In this document: piece after piece, positions 60,365 through 64,000 of the stretch
Layout of the letters: each line of letters starts with the position of its first letter
Position numbering within the stretch: position 1 is the stretch's first letter
Source of the DNA: Winogradskyella sp.
GTDB lineage: Bacteria > Bacteroidota > Bacteroidia > Flavobacteriales > Flavobacteriaceae
Direction of reading: 5' to 3'
DNA length: 64,000 nucleotides
Assembly: GCA_030149175.1 (NCBI GenBank)
Contig: JASBSA010000029.1
Coordinates: 905-64,904 of the forward strand
Notes under the pieces: model-generated
The model's database searches: none
What the model was told of the DNA's origin: nothing
The model's input: the letters and a program-made list of their open reading frames with translations, nothing else
Made by a program: the position numbers and the translations under genes

Positions 60365-62226
60365 ACGTTTTCTTCAACAATATCAAGTTCTACCTTAAGA
60401 TTCTCAATGATAAACTCTTGACGTGATGGTGTGTTTTTTCCCATGTAGAAAGATAACAATTCTTCAATAGACATATCCTTGTCTAGCATTACAGGATCTA
60501 GTCGCATATCTTCACCAATAAAATGCTTAAACTCGTCTGGTGAAATTTCACCTAATCCTTTAAATCTTGTAATCTCTGGTTTTGGCTTTAATTCTTCAAT
60601 GGCATTTTTACGCTCTTCATCCGAATAACAATAAATTGTTTTCTTTTTATTTCTTACTCTAAATAATGGTGTTTGAAGAATGTACAAATGCCCTTCTTTT
60701 ATCACTTCAGGAAAAAACTGCAAGAAGAACGTAATCAATAACAGTCTAATGTGCATACCATCGACATCAGCATCAGTAGCAATGACAATATTGTTGTATC
60801 TTAAATCCTCAATAGACTCTTCTATATTTAAAGCAGCTTGCAAAAGATTGAACTCTTCATTTTCATATACAATCTTTTTACTCAATCCGTATGAATTTAG
60901 AGGTTTCCCTTTTAAGCTGAAAACAGCCTGTGTATTAACATCTCGTGATTTCGTTATGCTACCAGAAGCCGAATCACCCTCTGTAATAAACAACGTGGTG
61001 TCTAAATATTTATCTTTTTTTGTATCTCCAAAATGAATACGGCAATCGCGAAGTTTTTTATTATGCAAGCTTGCCTTTTTAGCGCGTTCTTTGGCTAGCT
61101 TTCTAATACCAGACAACTCCTTACGCTCACGCTCAGCCTGAAGAATTTTTCGCTGAATTTTTTCAGCAGTATCAGGATTTTTATGAAGGTAGTTATCTAA
61201 ATAGGTTTTTACAAAATCATTGATGTACGTTCTAACCGTTGGCAAATCACCTCCCATATCCGTTGAGCCCAACTTGGTTTTGGTCTGACTCTCAAAAACA
61301 GGTTCCATTACCTTAATGGCAATAGCAGATACAATAGACTTTCTTACATCTGAGGCATCGTAGTTTTTGCCGTAAAACTCACGGATAGTCTTTACAATAG
61401 CTTCTCTAAAAGCTGCTAAATGCGTTCCACCTTGAGTTGTGTTTTGCCCATTAACAAACGAGTGATATTCCTCACTATACTGCGTTTTACTATGTGTTAT
61501 AGCAACTTCAATATCATCGCCTCGTAAGTGAATGATTGGATAAAGCATATCACTTTCATTGATGTTTTCTGAAAGCAAATCTTTTAATCCGTTTTCACTG
61601 TAGTATTTTTCGCCATTAAAAACTATAGTTAACCCAGGATTTAGATACACATAGTTTTTCAACATTTTCACCACATATTCATTTCTGAATTTATAGTTCT
61701 TAAAAATGCTGTCATCTGGCACAAAGGTCACCTTGGTTCCTTTTCGCCTTGATGTATCATCTAAAAATTCCTGATCTTTTAATTCGCCTAATTCAAATTC
61801 TGCAGAAGCCGATTTTCCGTCTCTGGTAGACTCCACTCTAAAATAGGTTGATAGCGCATTAACAGCTTTTGTACCAACACCATTAAGACCTACGGACTTT
61901 TTAAAGGCTTTAGAATCGTACTTTCCACCAGTATTCATCTTAGACACTACATCTACCACTTTACCTAATGGAATACCACGACCATAATCGCGCACAATAA
62001 CACGATCGCCTTGTATGGAAATCTCAATGGTTTTACCAGCACCCATTACAAACTCATCGATAGAGTTATCGAGCACTTCTTTAACAAGAATATAAATACC
62101 ATCATCTGGAGAGGATCCGTCACCTAATTTTCCGATGTACATACCAGGACGCATCCTGATGTGTTCCTTCCAGTCGAGTGAGCGAATATTGTCTTCAGTA
62201 TAGTTAGTTTGTTCTGCCATAGACAT
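60361..62226 (-). CDS. parE: DNA topoisomerase IV subunit B
   Basis: [42 protein letters not shown]. Confidence 0.92.
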   Translation of the reverse strand: MSMAEQTNYTEDNIRSLDWKEHIRMRPGMYIGKLGDGSSPDDGIYILVKEVLDNSIDEFVMGAGKTIEISIQGDRVIVRDYGRGIPLGKVVDVVSKMNTGGKYDSKAFKKSVGLNGVGTKAVNALSTYFRVESTRDGKSASAEFELGELKDQEFLDDTSRRKGTKVTFVPDDSIFKNYKFRNEYVVKMLKNYVYLNPGLTIVFNGEKYYSENGLKDLLSENINESDMLYPIIHLRGDDIEVAITHSKTQYSEEYHSFVNGQNTTQGGTHLAAFREAIVKTIREFYGKNYDASDVRKSIVSAIAIKVMEPVFESQTKTKLGSTDMGGDLPTVRTYINDFVKTYLDNYLHKNPDTAEKIQRKILQAERERKELSGIRKLAKERAKKASLHNKKLRDCRIHFGDTKKDKYLDTTLFITEGDSASGSITKSRDVNTQAVFSLKGKPLNSYGLSKKIVYENEEFNLLQAALNIEESIEDLRYNNIVIATDADVDGMHIRLLLITFFLQFFPEVIKEGHLYILQTPLFRVRNKKKTIYCYSDEERKNAIEELKPKPEITRFKGLGEISPDEFKHFIGEDMRLDPVMLDKDMSIEELLSFYMGKNTPSRQEFIIENLKVELDIVEENV

Positions 62227-62342
62227 TAGGACGAGATTAATGATAGAACGCTAATATAAGACTATAGCTTAAAAAATGAAACACGCTTTTGGTAAAGTAA
62301 TTAACAATAAAGTGCCGTTATTGTTGAGAACCTTAACATTTT

Positions 62343-62804
62343 TTATTGTTTTGACAATTCCTCAGCTTTTTGCTTTAAAATTTCATTTCTGGTAATTAGA
62401 ATACGCTTAATATGTCTTTTTAGAATTAGACTATCTAAAATTTTGCCTACAATTCCGTATTTAGAAGTAAAATGGAGGATATCAACCATTATGGTCGTGC
62501 CATCATGTTCTTTAAAAATATGGTCGTGCCTGTAAGATTTAAAGCTACCATCAGTCCGTTCATCTACAAAAAGTTTAGGCTTCTTTAACTCAGAGACTTC
62601 TAATGTGAGGTGCTGTAAAAGACCAAGATAGTTAACTTCCCAAGTGATAGAATCTCCTTTTTCAACAAGGCCAGATGTTTTACCATCCACAGGTATTTCA
62701 CTTTTATTTTTTAAGGATTGTGCGTAAAAACCAATATCTCTAGCTAAATCAAAGCATATCTCTATATCGGCATTTATTTCAGTTTCTGCTACAATTTGGG
62801 GCAT
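62343..62804 (-). CDS. SRPBCC/START-fold protein
   Basis: INADIEICFDLAR…FVDERTDGSFKSYRHDHIF pattern. Confidence 0.75.
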   Translation of the reverse strand: MPQIVAETEINADIEICFDLARDIGFYAQSLKNKSEIPVDGKTSGLVEKGDSITWEVNYLGLLQHLTLEVSELKKPKLFVDERTDGSFKSYRHDHIFKEHDGTTIMVDILHFTSKYGIVGKILDSLILKRHIKRILITRNEILKQKAEELSKQ

Positions 62805-62951
62805 AAAGTTAGTTTAGTAGTAAGACACTTGCACTTTTGAAAGGTCACATATACTCATGACAAAATTTTATTTTTTTTCAAAAAACAAATCTCGATATGC
62901 TTTCCACAGAAAAGACTCGAACTGACGAAATTGGAAACTAAAAAAGAGCTA

Positions 62952-64000
62952 CTACACATTAAACAAGAAATGCATCACATCTCCATCCTTAACAATGTAG
63001 TTTTTTCCTTCTACACGCATTTTACCAGCTTCTTTTACTTTGGCTTCGCTTCCGTAGTTAACGTAATCATCATAACCAATAACTTCTGCTCTAATAAAGC
63101 CCTTTTCAAAATCGGTATGAATAACTCCAGCAGCTTGTGGCGCAGTAGCACCAACATTAACCGTCCACGCTCTTACTTCTTTTACACCAGCTGTAAAGTA
63201 GGTTTGCTGATTTAAAAGCTTGTAAGCCGCTCTAATTAATTTTGCCGAACCTGGCTCATCTAAACCTATATCTTCTAAGAACATTTGGCGTTCTTCGTAA
63301 TCTTCTAACTCATTAATATCAGCTTCTGTACCAACAGCTAACACCAATACTTCTGCATGCTCATCTTTTACCGCTTCTCTCACCTGCTCTACATAAGCAT
63401 TACCAGTGTTTGCAGCGCCTTCATCTACATTACACACATACATAACAGGCTTATCTGTAATAAACTGTAATGGCTTTACGTAGTCTGCATAATCTTCATC
63501 CGAAAACTCTAAAGCTCTCACAGACACACCAGACTCTAAACCGTTTTTTATCTTTAAAAGCACTGCTTCTTCTGCTTGCGCTTCTTTATTACCAGTTTTA
63601 GCAGCACGCTTTACTTTATCTAACTTCTTTTCAGTCGTTTCTAAATCTTTAAGCTGAAGCTCCATATCAATGGTTTCCTTGTCTCTAATAGGATCTACAG
63701 AACCATCAACGTGAACAATATTATCGTTATCAAAACAACGCAATACGTGCAAAATAGCATCGGTTTCTCTAATGTTGGCTAAGAACTGGTTTCCTAAACC
63801 CTCACCTTTACTGGCACCTTTTACCAAACCTGCGATATCTACAATCTCTACCGTTGCAGGCATTACACGCTCTGGATTAACCAATGACTCTAGTTTTGCT
63901 AATCTTGGGTCTGGTACGTTAACCACACCAATGTTTGGCTCTATGGTACAAAACGGAAAGTTGGCACTTTGCGCTTTGGCATTAGATAAACAGTTAAATA
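62952..64000 (-). CDS. ychF: Redox-regulated ATPase YchF (start lies beyond window)
   Basis: Frame continues upstream as [22 protein letters not shown]; [17 protein letters not shown]; [13 protein letters not shown]. Confidence 0.97.
   Translation of the reverse strand, partial: FNCLSNAKAQSANFPFCTIEPNIGVVNVPDPRLAKLESLVNPERVMPATVEIVDIAGLVKGASKGEGLGNQFLANIRETDAILHVLRCFDNDNIVHVDGSVDPIRDKETIDMELQLKDLETTEKKLDKVKRAAKTGNKEAQAEEAVLLKIKNGLESGVSVRALEFSDEDYADYVKPLQFITDKPVMYVCNVDEGAANTGNAYVEQVREAVKDEHAEVLVLAVGTEADINELEDYEERQMFLEDIGLDEPGSAKLIRAAYKLLNQQTYFTAGVKEVRAWTVNVGATAPQAAGVIHTDFEKGFIRAEVIGYDDYVNYGSEAKVKEAGKMRVEGKNYIVKDGDVMHFLFNV

Overview
AT-rich Flavobacteriaceae-type (Bacteroidota) chromosomal window, judged from TAnnTTTG promoter boxes, a T9SS cargo protein, a PorX homologue, an LpxC-FabZ fusion and a GLPGLI protein. 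Core blocks: the start of the his operon (hisG, partial hisD) with an unannotated His-rich leader peptide and attenuator; SPFH/vWA-fabG-sucD; lipid A genes with efp; HD hydrolase/porX/tsaE; a ~28 kb Wzx/Wzy-type exopolysaccharide locus with an embedded T9SS lyase-like protein; and proline dehydrogenase-aroB-Lrp-M14 peptidase-Xre-TerC-parC/parE-ychF. The most unusual part is ~6 kb between tsaE and the alanine dehydrogenase-like gene (15.5-21.5 kb). It holds two convergent cassettes, each starting with a small secreted-peptide gene and ending in one of two homologous 'HWW' membrane proteins. One peptide gene (47 aa, 15640-15783) is missing from the ORF track, sits behind a perfect palindrome and overlaps its partner gene. 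The other (4 Cys) precedes a GLPGLI protein and an outer-membrane beta-barrel and lies divergent from an Xre regulator. I infer a candidate peptide signalling or peptide/immunity system. No rRNA, tRNA, CRISPR array or transposase was seen. All calls come from motif reading; no searches were run.
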